Assembly (NCBI RefSeq): GCF_000315625.1
Contig: NW_005434510.1
Coordinates: 1-64,000, forward strand
Origin: Guillardia theta CCMP2712
Taxonomy: Eukaryota > Protista > Cryptophyta
DNA length: 64,000 nucleotides
Direction: 5' to 3'
Below the pieces are notes generated by a model. That model saw only the letters and a program-made list of their open reading frames with translations. It was not told the origin of the DNA and searched no databases. Within the stretch, counting starts at the first letter, position 1; every line of letters starts with the position of its first letter. The position numbers and the translations under genes were made by a program. This document shows positions 38,268 through 53,502 of this stretch, one piece after another.

Positions 38268-41182
38268 ATGGCTGCGAAGAGCTGGCTGGGTATGGCAGGC
38301 CTGCGGGAGGAGCAGGTGGCCTGGTCGCTCTTCGATGCCGGATGCTGGGGCTACGTCAGTGTAACGCTCTCTTGCCTCCTCCCTCTCGTGCTGAAGCAGC
38401 AGACTCCTGCCTCCATCGAGAAGGTAAAGCACCACGATCGTGAGATGGGAAAATCAAGCACATGTCGATGGCGCTTGATGCGGGGTGGATTACTTCACCA
38501 TGCACTTCTCCTTACTTTGCTAGTTGACATCGTTTGATGTTCACGTGTTCAATCTTCCATCCACTTGTCCTTACTTTCCTAATTGACATCGTTTGATATT
38601 CACGTGTTCAATCTTCTCTTCTTTGTGTCACTGACTCTTAATGTTTGCAGTACGTCTCGGCCGTCTGGGCAAACGCAGTGGCGGTAGGAACACTTCTCGC
38701 TGGGATCCTCTGCCCATTCATCGGAGCCATGGTGGATCAACTCGCGCTGAGGAAGGTGACCGTCCTGGTCTCTGGGTTCGTCACTTGCATCTTCCTCTCT
38801 GTCGCCGTGTCCATCGACGTGGAACAGTGGCCGGCAATGGTCGGGTTTGCAGTGATTGGCGTAATGTTCTACAGTCTCATGCAAGCTGTCTACAACTCGC
38901 TACTTGTGCACGTCTCCGAGACCAGCGAGGATGAGGTTGTCTTCGTCTCTGCTGTCCAGTGCGCCATCGGCAACTTCGGCGCCATGGTGCTCATGACAGC
39001 GTTGGGTCTGGAGGAGGCAAAACATTCTAAGAAAGTCATTCCGATCGACTATGTGCAGCGCTGCTTCCTGTGGAGCGCTCTTTGGTTCTTCTTGTTTGCA
39101 CTCCCGTTTGCGTTTGTGTATCAGGAGGAGCCTCGACATGGGAAAGTGCACAACGTGAACTTGACACATCAAGTGAGGTCGGCGATCAGCGCCTTCAAAA
39201 TGTCGCTGCAGGTTTCAATCCTCTCCTCTTCTCCCGCTTCCCGTCGCTCACTCACGTCAGAACCGCGAGCTGCTCAAGTACATGATAGCCACACTGATCT
39301 ACAGGTGAAGTTGAGGACGAGAGAAGGAAACTTTCTGATCTGGTTGATAGCGACGCCTCCTCAACCCTCTTTTCCGTGTACATGGTGTATGCTGCTCAGA
39401 TCGGAATCTCGAATGCTGTGCTGGTGATTCTCGACACTCACTCCTCCTCTTCCTTCTGACCTGCCATAAGTTACATTGCGCTGTTCTGAATCGCTGGATC
39501 AATGTGTTCATGGGATTCGGGTAATCCATTGCCCTGTTTCACCTTCCTTCCTTCTTTTCCTTCTCCGCTGCCCCCTCCCTCCCTCCCTCCCTCTCCTCCT
39601 CCTCCTCCTCCTCCTCTTTCTCCCTTATCTCTGCTCGCCCCAAACTACCCAGCTTCCAATCCCCTTTCTGGTTCGCTGACAGCTTGTGCAAGTTGGTACT
39701 ACCTGTCGAGACTGATCGGATCGAGGGTGAGAGCAAGAGAGGTCGAGGGGCTGTGACGTGTTCCGCAGGTTTGCTTCCTCCTCTCCATGTCCCTCACCCT
39801 CCTTAGCGCCATCGCGTGCGCCGTCATGCACACAGACTTTGACTTCTGGGTGAGGAGAGAGCGAAGGGGAGGAGGAAGAGTGGGCAGAGGAAGAGCATGA
39901 AAATGGATGGAGTTTGAGATTCAGGAGAAGACGCAGCAGCAAAACATGGTCATGAGGAGGAGGAGGAGGAGGAGGAGGAGAAATGGGGGGCTAAGGCTGG
40001 TAGGTAAATGAGAAGAGAGGGAAGGAGGGAGAGATAGAGGAAGGCAAGGAGCGAACGAGAGAGCTCAGGAGGGAGGAGGGGAGAGAGCGAGCGAGCGAGC
40101 AAGGGCTGGGGGAGAGATCGAGCGAGGGATTGAGAGTCTGAGTGTTTGCAGGTGATGAACTTGATCCTCTCTCTCGCGGGGTCTGGCGGCTACATCTTCT
40201 CGGAAAGTTTCGACATGTCGCGCAGTCGATCTGATTGTGATGCAGAGAGTTTTGCTCGCGCGACTGACTACCAAAGACAACACCGCACAGGTTCCCATCT
40301 CCTACCGTCTACCTCCTGCCTCCTCTCCTCTCTTCTCTTCTCCTCTCCTCTCCTCACCTCACCTCACCTCTCCTATCCTATCCTATCCTATCCTATCCTA
40401 TCCTATCCTCTCCTCTCCTCTCCTCTCCCATCCTCTCTTCTCCTATCCTCTCTTCTCCTGTGCTTCAACTTGCTTCCTTACTCCGCTCATCATCTTCCTT
40501 CTGCAGCATTTTGGCTTCATGGCAGGAGTCTCCCGGGTCTCGGGCATGCTTGGTCCTCTCCTTTACGCCGCCATCATCGCGGTCGGAGGAGCACGTGCAG
40601 GTTCTTCTTGCCTCCTACTCCTGCCCCTGCGCTTGCGCCTGCTCCTATTTCACCTGCTCTCCTGCTCCTCTCCTCATGACTCCGTCGTTTCCTTCCAGCT
40701 CTTGTCGGCCTGGCAGTCTTCTCGGTCCCTGGAATCTACTTGATGGCAGACGTTGACTTTGAGGTCAGCAAGCTGATCAACTTCTCCTGATTCCTTCCTC
40801 CTCCTCCATCTTCTTTATCCTCCTCTCTCCTCTTCCTCTTCTCTCCTGCTCCTCTTCTCTCCTCCTCCTCTTCTCTCCCCCTCCTCTTCTCTCCTGCTCC
40901 TCTTCTCTCCTCCTCCTCTTCTCTCCCCCTCCTCTTCTCTCCTTCTCCTCTTCTCTCCTGCTCCCTGCTCCTTCCAATGCGCAGGACCTCACTTTGTCCT
41001 TGAATCAACCATCTCCCTCGCATGACTACTTTCACAACATCCTCGACTCTACCCCGCCTTTCACCCCCCTCCTCCGTCTCTCTCTCCCCTCCTCTCCTGA
41101 CAATTTCCTTGGCTATCAGACTGGTCGGCAGTGCACGGAGTCGATGCCAATCGACTTCGACGAACCCCAGGAAGGCGATTAA
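38268..41182 (+). CDS. MFS transporter, ATG22/UMF1-like, multi-exon
   Basis: AWSLFDAG; PFIGAMVD; AVYNSLL; FGFMAGVSRVSGMLGPLLY; many transmembrane segments. Confidence 0.8.
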
Positions 41183-41349
41183 CATCAGAATCTCTTCTTC
41201 TTCCTCCTCCTCCTTCCTTCTTCCCCGCCTCCTCCTTCCTCTCTCCCCCGTCTCCTTCCTCCCTCCCCTGTTTCCCGTACCATCCTCCTCTGGTTTCCCA
41301 TCCTTTCCCCCGCCATCTTCCCCATCCCTCCCTCATCCTCCCTCGGCTT

Positions 41350-42770
41350 CCTAACCGAGTCCTTCGCTCGTCGCGCCATCTTTCTTTGCAACAACGTGAC
41401 TTTAGTTTTACTCCCCTCCCTCACTTCCCCTGCGAGAATCTGCCTCGTCCTGCCCACCGACTTAGTGGAAAGAAACCAGAAGAGAAGAGGGAGAGGAGGG
41501 AGAGGAGGAGGGGACGAAGAGGGGGTTTGGGGTGGGCTGGGGGGAAAGGGGAGGAGGAAGGAGAAGAATAAGTGGCACCTCCGTGTCCCCGTTGATTGCT
41601 TCCTTTCCCCCGCATCTGACTGTTGGCCTCCCGCACTTGCCTGCTCGGCTCCTTCATGTCCCCTCCCCTCCCCTCCCTTCCTCTCCCTCCCCTCCCCTTC
41701 CTCTCCCTCCCCTCCCCTTCCCTCTCCCTCCCTCCCTCCCCTTCCCTCCCCTCTCCTTCTCTCCCTTCCTTCACCTCGCCATGTCCGTCGCCTTAATCGC
41801 CTCCACTCGTCCTCCTCTGTCTGGCACTCGACCTATCAAAACCTAGCGTAACGAGTCAGTCCCCGACTCCCTACCATCTTCCTCCTTCCTTGTTCTCACA
41901 CCTCGCTCTCCTTCTCCCCCTCCCCTCCCCCCACCTTCCTTCCTCCGCCTTCCTCCTGCTCCTCCTGGTCCTCCTCCTCCTCCTCCTCCTCCTCCTCCTC
42001 TTCCTGCTTGAGTGCGCAGCCGAAGATCCTGGAGGGGATGCACAAGCTCGCGATGCTGGAGCGGGAGCAGTAGAGGTCATAGACGGTGAAGGAAGGGTCC
42101 TTCTGCTCAAACAAGTGAGCGAGGAGACGTAGGAGGAGGGAGGCGGAGGAGGAGGGAGGCGGAGGAGGAGGGAGGCGGAGGAGGAGGGAGGCGGAGGAGG
42201 AGGGAGGCGGAGGAGGAGGGAGGCGGAGGAGGAGGGAGGCGGAGGAGGAGGGAGACGGAGGAGGAGGGAGACGTAGGAGGAGGGAAGGTGGCAAGTTGCC
42301 AGGCAAAGCAAGTTGCGACCTTGAGGAGGGCGATGCGTCCCCGTACAGATTCGATGAGATGAGAATTCTGAGCGAACGTGAGGAGAAGAGAAGGAAAGGG
42401 GAAGGCGTGAGAAGAGAGAAGGAGGAGAGACGAGGGAGCGAGAAGAGGAGGAGAGGAGGAGAGGAGGAGAGGAGGAGAGGAGGAGAGGAGGAGAGGAGGA
42501 CTTGGAGGAGGTGACTGACTTCAGCTGTAGAATAAGAGAAGCACTTGGCCAGCACGTCGATGCGCTGCAGGAGCATCTGAACGTCTCCGTCATCAGCCGC
42601 CTGTCAAAGTCGAGGAGCGTCACCTCTTTGCGCAGAGAATACTCGGAGCGAAACTCTTGGGATATGTCGGACAAGATGACAACCTAAGCGACATTGTCAA
42701 TAAACATGAAATCATCATTATCTTCTTCTTCTTCTTCTTCTTCTTCTTCTTCTTCTTCTTCTTCTTCTTC

Positions 42771-42811
<41 letters not shown>

Positions 42812-43399
42812 CGTCATCGTCATCGTCATCACCATCATCATTACCATCACCATCACCAGCACTTGTCACCTGCTCTTCGGAGAGACATCCTCTAGGCAGC
42901 AAGAAGTCTCCGAGATAATCAGCAGGAAGGCGAGCAAGCTCCATCCTCGCGTACTCGCACGCGAAGAGGAGGATGGCAGTTGCTTTTCCCGCCTCCCTCG
43001 CACCCACCTTCATCCCCACTGCTCTCATCACCTGCTGCAGCACAAACTTCCTGTACAAGTCCGTCGCATCTTGCAAGCTCGGCTGGAGGGCAGGAGCCTC
43101 TTTGTCCCCCCATTGTCTACCCCCTCGTCGCTCCTCCTTCTCCTCCAAGTCCACGAGCATCTGCGCGCATTGCAACTCCGCGACCAAAAACTCGAGCGCG
43201 TGGAATCTCAACTTGGGGGAGGAGAGGCGGCAAAGTTTGTCGTCGCAGCCTCTCTCACGGAGGAAGAGCTCGACATGCTGCCGATGCGAACAACTGTGAA
43301 GCGTGAGGGACGAGGAGGATAAGAGAAGAGAGAAAGAGGCTAGAGATTGATAGGGGGGAGGAAGGGAGGAGGGAGAGAGGGAGGGAGCGGGGAGAAATG

Positions 43400-43459
<60 letters not shown>

Positions 43460-45092
43460 TATGAGGGTATCGAGTTAAGGGAGGGGGCGAGAAGGGTTCT
43501 TACTTGCTTCCTGGACTTCCTTCCAGCGATCTGACTCGTTCGATGAGGCGGCGGCAGATCTCGAGGAAGCGAACGGCTCCGTCCGGGGTGGTGAGGGTAG
43601 AGGTCAGCCGCTCCTCGTCTATCTGCTCGGGATCGAACATGCTGAGGTCGGTGAGGCGCTCAGACAAAGAAGTTAAGAGATCGTAGGTGACGTTCAAGGA
43701 CGTATCCTCCTCCTCCTTCTCCTCCTTCTCCTCCTTCTCCTCCTTCTTCGCTTCTTCCTTGTTCGTCTCTGTTTCTATTTTGTGACAAGAGCTTGCAGCA
43801 CGATCTCAACTGTTACCTCGAATTTCTCTCTGATTTTGCTCGAACTTTGAGATTTTTCTGTGGAAATGAAACTTCACACGCGTGTCCTCTGGCATTCTCG
43901 ACACACCCACCTGTTCCCCTCAGAAGCTTGTACAACATGCTTCTCGCCTCCATTCGTGGCTTTCTCAGCATCCCCTTGACTGTTGCGCACTGACTGTGCA
44001 GGAGCAGCGAGAGCAGCGGGATGCGAAGATTCTGATGCTTTCGACGCGGCAGGAGAGGATTTGACTCCTCCTATCGTCTTGTTAAGGAAGCCTGTGACCT
44101 GAGCACAAACATCATCCACAACACGCTCAGCTGCCGACCGACCGCTTGGAATTTCTTGTTGCTCCTCGGCTTATTCGGCGGATTTCTCGAGTTTGCAGGA
44201 GGCGGAAGCTTAGCCTCCTTGACTTCCCTCTGCTTCTCCGCCGCCTCGGTCGCCACGTCATCATCGTCGCCCTTGGGTTCCACTCACTCTAATCGTTGAG
44301 GGGCAGCAGAGGCTGACCTGGACATGCTTGTGAGGTTTCTTGAGGTTCAGATCGTCTTCAAGGTATCGGATGTGTTTCTCATGCACCTCCTGCCATTCTT
44401 GTCACCAACATCTTTCGCTCTTCCGCCCTCTCACGCACGTGCCATCCCTCGTCCTCGTACCCCTCATACATCACGAGTCGTCTGTCGGGCCCAACCACTT
44501 CACCTGCTCTCAGAGTCAACGGCAGCACAACTCGAGAGCTGATACCAAGAGCTGCCTTGTACCAGAGTCCATCCTCGTAGTACTTGGCCTCCACAACTGT
44601 GTGCGACTGATCCAAAAACTCAGCGAACATCTAAGAACCTCGGAGGTCGCACATGATCGTGGGTCGAATGAACTATGGGAGACATAGAAGCCGGTGCAAT
44701 CTGCATCAAAGTTCATCTCCTCCTCCTCCTCTTCCTCTTCCTCCTCCTCCTCCTCCTCCTCCTCCTCCTCCTCCTCCTCCTCCTCCTCTCTCCCACTCAT
44801 GATTCTGCTCCTGCTCCTCCCTTCCTCCTCCTCCTGTATCTTTCTCACATCAAAGTTCTTCAAGTGTTGCAACCCGGCTGGTTTCGTGCTTCGGTGGAAG
44901 CCCTGAGCCTTGACAACGGCACGTCAGTAGAGTCACTTGCTCTACTCGCGTCCTCACTCTGTTACTCTTGTGCGGACTTCTGGTCTGACCGCTGGATTTT
45001 CTCTCCTCCTCCTCTGTCGAGCTGCCCACTTGTTCTCGTTGCGGACGGCTCGACGCGGAGAGAGGGCGCACATGCTGCTGCTGCTGCTGCTG

Positions 45093-45123
<31 letters not shown>

Positions 45124-45144
45124 GGCTGCTGCTGCTGCTGCTGT

Positions 45145-45189
<45 letters not shown>

Positions 45190-45210
45190 GGCTGCTGATG
45201 CTGATGCTGT

Positions 45211-45243
<33 letters not shown>

Positions 45244-45410
45244 GGTTGCTGCTGCTGCTGCTGTGGCTGCTGTGGTGGCTGCTGTGGCTGCTGTGGCTGC
45301 TGCTGCTGCTGGGACTGTTGCGAATGCTGATGCTGGTGTTTGTACTGCTGGTGACGGTGATGCTGCTGCTGTGGCTGTTGTTGCTGCTGTTGTCTGTTTT
45401 GATGATGCGC
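41350..45410 (-). CDS. Large multi-exon hypothetical gene (possibly two genes) containing a Tudor-like domain
   Basis: VEAKYYEDGLWYKAAL / GEVVGPDRRLVMYEGYEDEGW at ~44400-44610; other exons are separated by microsatellite-filled introns; 5' part runs into a CAG tract and an assembly gap. Confidence 0.5.
42130..42285. repeat. 16-bp minisatellite (ggaggaggagggaggc)n, intronic
   Basis: Direct read. Confidence 0.85.
42720..42860. repeat. (CTT)n(CAT)n microsatellite inside a minus-strand GT-AG intron
   Basis: Flanked on the - strand by CAG|GTGACA and TTGAC...TTAG|. Confidence 0.85.
45073..45390. repeat. (CTG/CAG)n trinucleotide tract
   Basis: Direct read; abuts the gap. Confidence 0.9.
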
Positions 45411-45510
45411 NNNNNNNNNNNNNNNNNNNNNNNNNNNNNNNNNNNNNNNNNNNNNNNNNNNNNNNNNNNNNNNNNNNNNNNNNNNNNNNNNNNNNNNNNN
45501 NNNNNNNNNN
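45411..45510. other. Assembly gap (100 N)
   Basis: Run of N. Confidence 1.
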
Positions 45511-45821
45511 TCTCCTCCTCTCCGCTCCCTCTCCTCCCCTCCCTTCTCCTCCGTCTCCCTCCCCTCCCTTCCTCTCCTTCTCTCCTCTCCCTCCCACTCC
45601 GCTCCCCTCTCCCTCCTTTCCTCTCCCTCCCTTCCCTCTTGCCCTCGCTCTCTGCCATCCCTATCCTCTCCCATCGCTGTTTGTTGTGTGGTCCCACCAT
45701 TTGCACTACCCCTCTCTTTGATCAGTACCCCTGTACCTTACTAAGAACTACCCCCATTTGATCTATACTCTCCCTCACACTTCAGAACCCTACCCCTTCA
45801 TCAGTATACGGGCATTGCGCC

Positions 45822-47465
45822 ATGCGGATAGCGGTGGAGGGGTGCGGGCATGGGGCGCTAGAGGAGATCTACGAGGCGATGGCGGAGACAGAGAGGAGGA
45901 ACGACTTCAAGTTCGACCTCCTCCTAGTCTGCGGGGACTTCCAGGCCGTCAGGAACCAGCAGGACCTGAACTGCATGGCGGTACCACAGAAATACAGAAC
46001 GATGAACAGGTGAAGTCACTCAACGCATGCAGTGGTGGCAGGAGTAGCTGACTCCCCTTCCTCCAGCTTCCACAAGTACTACTCGGGTCAGCTCATCGCT
46101 CCTATCCTCACCATCTTCATCGGCGGCAACCACGAGGCCTCGAACCACCTCTGGGAGCTCTACCATGGCGGCTGGGTCGCACCCAACATCTTCTTCCTCG
46201 GGTACTCTGGCGCCATCACGGTAGGAGGCGTCAGGATCGCAGGGCTGTCGGGGATCTACAAGAGCATGCACTACCGGCAGGGGCACTGGGAACACCCGCC
46301 CTATGACCAGAGCAGCATGAGGAGTGCGTACCATGTTCGCGAGTATGAAGTTTGGAAGCTAGGGATGATGACAGGACACGTTGACATCTTTCTTTCTCAT
46401 GACTGGCCGAGGTTCCTTCTCCTTCCTCTTCCTGCGACATCACATGCTCAAGTTGCCCTGCAGAGGTATCACCAGGCATGGCGACGAGAAGCGGCTCCTG
46501 AGGACGAAACGCTTCCTGGAGGAGGAAGTTCGGAACAATGTGCTGGGGAATCCGTACACTACTCCTCTCATTGACAAGCTGAAGCCTGTAGACTTGAGAG
46601 AAGCTTCCTGCTGATGCCTGACGCTCCTCGCAGAGCTACTGGTTTGCTGCTCACTTGCACACCAAGTTTGCTGCGGTCTATGAAGTGAGTGTGTGGACAG
46701 CAGCCGATGATGATCTCAATGTTGCTTGACAGCACAAGGACACAGACAAGTGCACAAAGTTCTTGTCGCTGGATAAATGCCTGCCCAACAGAGACTTCCT
46801 GCAGGTGCTGCTACCCTCTTGCTCTGTCGCTTCGTCCTCTTCCTCCTCTCAACAAGTGTCTTCTCGCTCCTCCCCTCCCTTCGCAATGTTTCTTGCTTCC
46901 TCTACCATGAATCTTCCTCTGCAGCATGCCTGTCTTCTTCTTCTGCTCCTCTCGCAAAGTTCTGATCGCTCCTGTGTTTGCTAGGCCATTCACATCGAGA
47001 CAGCAGAGTCAGCGGCCGGAGAGGACCTCTCCTCCTCCCTCCGCTATGACCCTGAGTGGCTCGCGATCATGCGGTGAGACTGAGAGGAGAGGAAAAGCAG
47101 AGGATTAGGATCGAGCGAGAGATGGAGAGGAGGGGAGGGGAGAGGAGAGGAGAGGAGGAAGGAGGAGAGGAGAGGAGGAGGGGAGGCAGCAGAGGACAAG
47201 GGGTGAGAAGGGGACAGGAGCAGGAGTGAAGGACAAAGCGGGCAGGGATGTGATGATTGCTGCAGAGCAGCAGAACCCTACAGATCTCTTGGGCGGCAAG
47301 CTGTGATGCTGCCTGATCCAGAGACGTTCCGGGCTGAAGTTGACAAGCGTAAACTTCATCATGCGCGAAGACTGTATTACTGACTTGAAACTCTCCTCCG
47401 CCTCCGCCTCATCCTCTTCCTCTTCCTCTTCCTCTTCCTCTTCCTCTTCCTCTTCCTCTTCCTCT

Positions 47466-47499
<34 letters not shown>

Positions 47500-48006
47500 A
47501 TCCGCTCTTCCCCCACTCCCTCTCCCGCCGGCAGAACGCGAATGGATTGCACAGAAAATGAGCGAAGATCAAGATTTCAATCGAATTCCAAACAACTTCG
47601 AGGTGAAATTATTTCTCCTCCTCTCCCTCCTTGCCGTCTGACCCCTCACCAGATCACTCTCCCTCCCTTCAATCCTCACCAACGGGTCGGAGGCCAGCCG
47701 GAGTTCCATCCCAGCCCTCAGGTTCCTCCCTCCTCCCCCTCCCGGTGCTCTGACATGTTACGAACAGACGCAGGAGCTTGTCAAGAAACTTGACATCCTG
47801 ATGCCCCACACGCAACTGAACCAGCCAAACAACGTCTGCGAGCCCGAGAACAACCCCGACGAGATCGGTCTCGACGACGACGATGACGACGAACAACCGG
47901 CGGTAGGAGCTGATGTGACCTGATGGTAGGGAAGCTAACGATGCTGCAGGGGAACGTAGAGAAGAAGAGCGAGAAGAATGAAGAGGAAATAGACCTTGAC
48001 GATTAA
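45822..48006 (+). CDS. DBR1: RNA lariat debranching enzyme, multi-exon
   Basis: [11 protein letters not shown]; CGDFQAVRN; FHKYYSG; [24 protein letters not shown]; FLSHDWP; NPDEIGLDD tail. Confidence 0.96.
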
Positions 48007-48046
48007 AGATGAGCAAGAGAGGAAACATTTCATGTCCGCGACTTTA

Positions 48047-49468
48047 CTAGTCATCCATCCCTTCCTCTAGCATCTCCACGAAGTTCTTGAACGAGTCTGC
48101 CCTCGCCCTCTCCTCTTGTTGGATTTTCAGTTTCGGATCAGAGACATCGTTTGACTCGTTCCCTTTCCCCGCCTTGTCTGCATCGGTGACAGCAAAGACT
48201 CCTCCTCTTCTATCGCCTGCTCCTGCTGCTTCTGCTTCTCCTTCTGTTCGTCCTCCTTGTCCTGTGCTGGCATGTTTGTCTGCAGCTAGACTGTGGGACT
48301 CCTTCTTCTCTTGAAGGTTTTCAGCTGCAGCTCCCCTGCTGGCTTGCCTGGAGCCTTTCGGGTCCTCATTCATGGGCTGACGGGCAAGGGCAGCAGGAGA
48401 AATCGAAATTCTCCCGATCATGGCCAGCTGCTTCTCCCTGCTCATCGTCGCATGTCTATCTGCCCACCTCTTGCTTGCAACTGATCGCCAGAACGTCGAA
48501 GAAGACAACTTTTGTGTCATGTCCTGTGAGACAACCTCGTTCAATCGTGAAGGAAGTCGAACGCGGTGCTGTGTCTTTCTTGACACGATTGAACGTGTTG
48601 TATGTTGTCTCGTGACCTGCTGTCTTGCGATGTTTCCTTGGTTGCTTCCCCGGTGCGAGGAGCGAGAGCGAGCGGCTGCTTTGCTCTCTTGCACATAATC
48701 TTCGGCTGCGACTTGCCGTATGAATCGGATGTCGCTGTCAACCACTGAGACCTCATCTGCCCCATCTTCAGACGACCCTGACTCAGTCTCTTCAGACGTC
48801 GAGGCTCGCGTCTCGCTTGTCTCGTCCGACTCCGCCAGCCCCTCCCGTGGGTCTGAGTGGGTCCTGGAGGACAGCATGGCCTCCTTTACCGCCTTCCTCT
48901 CCTCGATCAACACCTGTAGGTCCGATACCAGCTTGAGGTCCATCACCCGACTGTGTTCATCGCGACATTCAGCGAGTTCCTTTAGCACGTGTCTGACTCC
49001 ATGAGCGAGAACATTGATGTCTGCGAGAGTCGACCTGAGAAATCTCCTTGTCTGGTCGAGGGAAGGAGACATCTCGACGTTTCCCCTCAGTTTCATTGCA
49101 CTTCGCTCAAAGAAAGAATCTTCGGCGAGGCCGGAGGAACCCAGAAACAACAAACGCTCGCCAGATTCCGATGTATGTGACACTTGAGACGAAGACGAGG
49201 ACGAGGACGAGGACGAGGAAGACGAGGACGAGGAGGATCTCCTAGAAATCGTAATCCTGTCCAGCGAGGAGAGGAGTGGAAAGTCCTGGCCAAACGACCT
49301 CTTATCTCCTCTCCTTCCCTTCGTCATGTCCACCTTCTCTGTCTCGTTCCTCTCATCATCTCCTCCTCTTCTTCTCATCCCCTTCTCTTCCTCTCCTCCT
49401 CTCCTCTCCCTCCCCTCCTCATTCCCACCATGCCTGTCCAGAGGACCATGTAACGTCGTTTCTAGCAC
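48047..49468 (-). CDS. Hypothetical low-complexity protein
   Basis: 473-aa open frame; the 5' part probably includes unspliced microsatellite introns. Confidence 0.5.
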   Translation of the reverse strand: MLETTLHGPLDRHGGNEEGRERRGGEEEKGMRRRGGDDERNETEKVDMTKGRRGDKRSFGQDFPLLSSLDRITISRRSSSSSSSSSSSSSSSSSQVSHTSESGERLLFLGSSGLAEDSFFERSAMKLRGNVEMSPSLDQTRRFLRSTLADINVLAHGVRHVLKELAECRDEHSRVMDLKLVSDLQVLIEERKAVKEAMLSSRTHSDPREGLAESDETSETRASTSEETESGSSEDGADEVSVVDSDIRFIRQVAAEDYVQESKAAARSRSSHRGSNQGNIARQQVTRQHTTRSIVSRKTQHRVRLPSRLNEVVSQDMTQKLSSSTFWRSVASKRWADRHATMSREKQLAMIGRISISPAALARQPMNEDPKGSRQASRGAAAENLQEKKESHSLAADKHASTGQGGRTEGEAEAAGAGDRRGGVFAVTDADKAGKGNESNDVSDPKLKIQQEERARADSFKNFVEMLEEGMDD

Positions 49469-50136
49469 TGCCCTAGATCTGATGCTAATGCAGCAATTAA
49501 GAGTATGCAGCTGCCCCCGAAAACGATGGGGTTGTGACTAAAAGTTTGACATCGGAGGTATCACTACTATCAGTGAGCGGTCAGGCCGGGGCAGTCGCGC
49601 CGCAACTTAGCCGGGCCCCGGCTTAGAGAGACTTTGACAGGATTTACATCCATCATAGTAAGACCTCTACTAGTCCATAAAGACCTCTCACTCCCCACGG
49701 TGCTGCTCCTGGTCAATCACTGACTTCCAACTTAGCTCCTGCTGCTCAAGTCTGGCTCACTTCCGAGTTTCTGCCGCCGGATCATGCTTCGAGGCTCAGT
49801 TCGAGTGAGAGTTGGGCTTCTCCCCCCTGTTGGATCCAGGGCTTGGCAAAGTCGGATCAGCCTTTTCCTCCGGTGCCTAGCCTAATAGCCCTCCCCCTTC
49901 TGATTCATTTTAGGCTCTTCAGTGGAGGCTCAGGCTTAGTAGCCGGACGATCATTACCCTCCGAGGCTTGGATTCTGTTGATGAATTTCCGAAGTTGTAT
50001 TGTTTGACTCCGTTTCTAACAAGATAGGAAATAAAAATAATGCTGATTTCTCCTCATTCACAAAGGAAAAACGAGGAGAAAAAGGAGGAAGAAGGGGAGA
50101 GGAAAAGAAGAAAGAGGAGGAGGAGGAGAGGAAAAA

Positions 50137-52496
<2,360 letters not shown>

Positions 52497-53502
52497 CTTG
52501 CTGTCTTCAAACATTCCCGTATCAAATGCTTGTATCGTCATAAAATTTCTTTCCATCTAACTTCAAATCATATGTAGGATCCTCCACTACCTAAGCACGA
52601 GAAGCAAACACTATGAAATAACATCTCACTGCCGATTTTTCCCGCTCCCCTTCCCTCCCTCATTCAAGCTCGCCAAAAGGCAACTTCTTGCATCCCCTCA
52701 AATTTCCTTCTCGACCATTGAACTTGATGTCAACCCTTTTTTCAGTTTCACTGAGTAGCTTGTTCCTGTCGCTCTATCATCTTTTCGACTTTACTCAGCA
52801 CATGCCGCTATCAAAATCTTGTTCAAAACTTGGCTTTACATCAATAAGCCTCCTCTCCCCTTGACTTTCTCTATGGTGCACTGTCTTGATATGATTACTT
52901 TTCAGTCTGTTTTCAAGATGTTTCATCCACTTTGCTCTTCTCTGCTTCCGTCCTCACCAAGATTCTTTCGTGATATTTTTGTCCCTTGCTTCATTGTTTC
53001 CCCCTTCCATACATCTTTCTTTCTGTCCCTTCCCGCTACATCCTCTCATCCCACAACCATCGTCGTATCTACTGTCGCTCGGCTGTGCATGGAACAAAGG
53101 AGAACGCGGGGGTCCCCTATCACCCCACCCCCTCTTTTCCATAGCGTCCCCCTTCATTTGTACCAGCTATCACCACCCCACCTCCCCATTGCACAATCAG
53201 ATTGACTACCCTCGAGTCATGTTCTCATGGGATTGTGAGGAGATGAGGGCACGGTCACGGAACACCGGGCCCGCCGGTACGCACGGTCAGGCCCGCCGTC
53301 GGTCACCGTGGCACTGTGACGCCGCCGCCGGGGTGCCACTGGGCCACGGTGCGGCCCGGCCTGGACTTCCGAAAGTTGTGCGGGTGCGCGGAAGGACAGA
53401 ACTTCCAAAGACTCGGCGGACTTTGTAGGCAATCAAACAATCATTCACTCATCACTCGGACACAAAATTACCATGCTGCTGACGGCAGTGAAAGAATACA
53501 AA

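Noticed and set aside
42620-47572. Poly-E/D/S/L/K ORFs in the ORF track
   Set aside because: They are translations of microsatellites, several clearly inside GT-AG introns.
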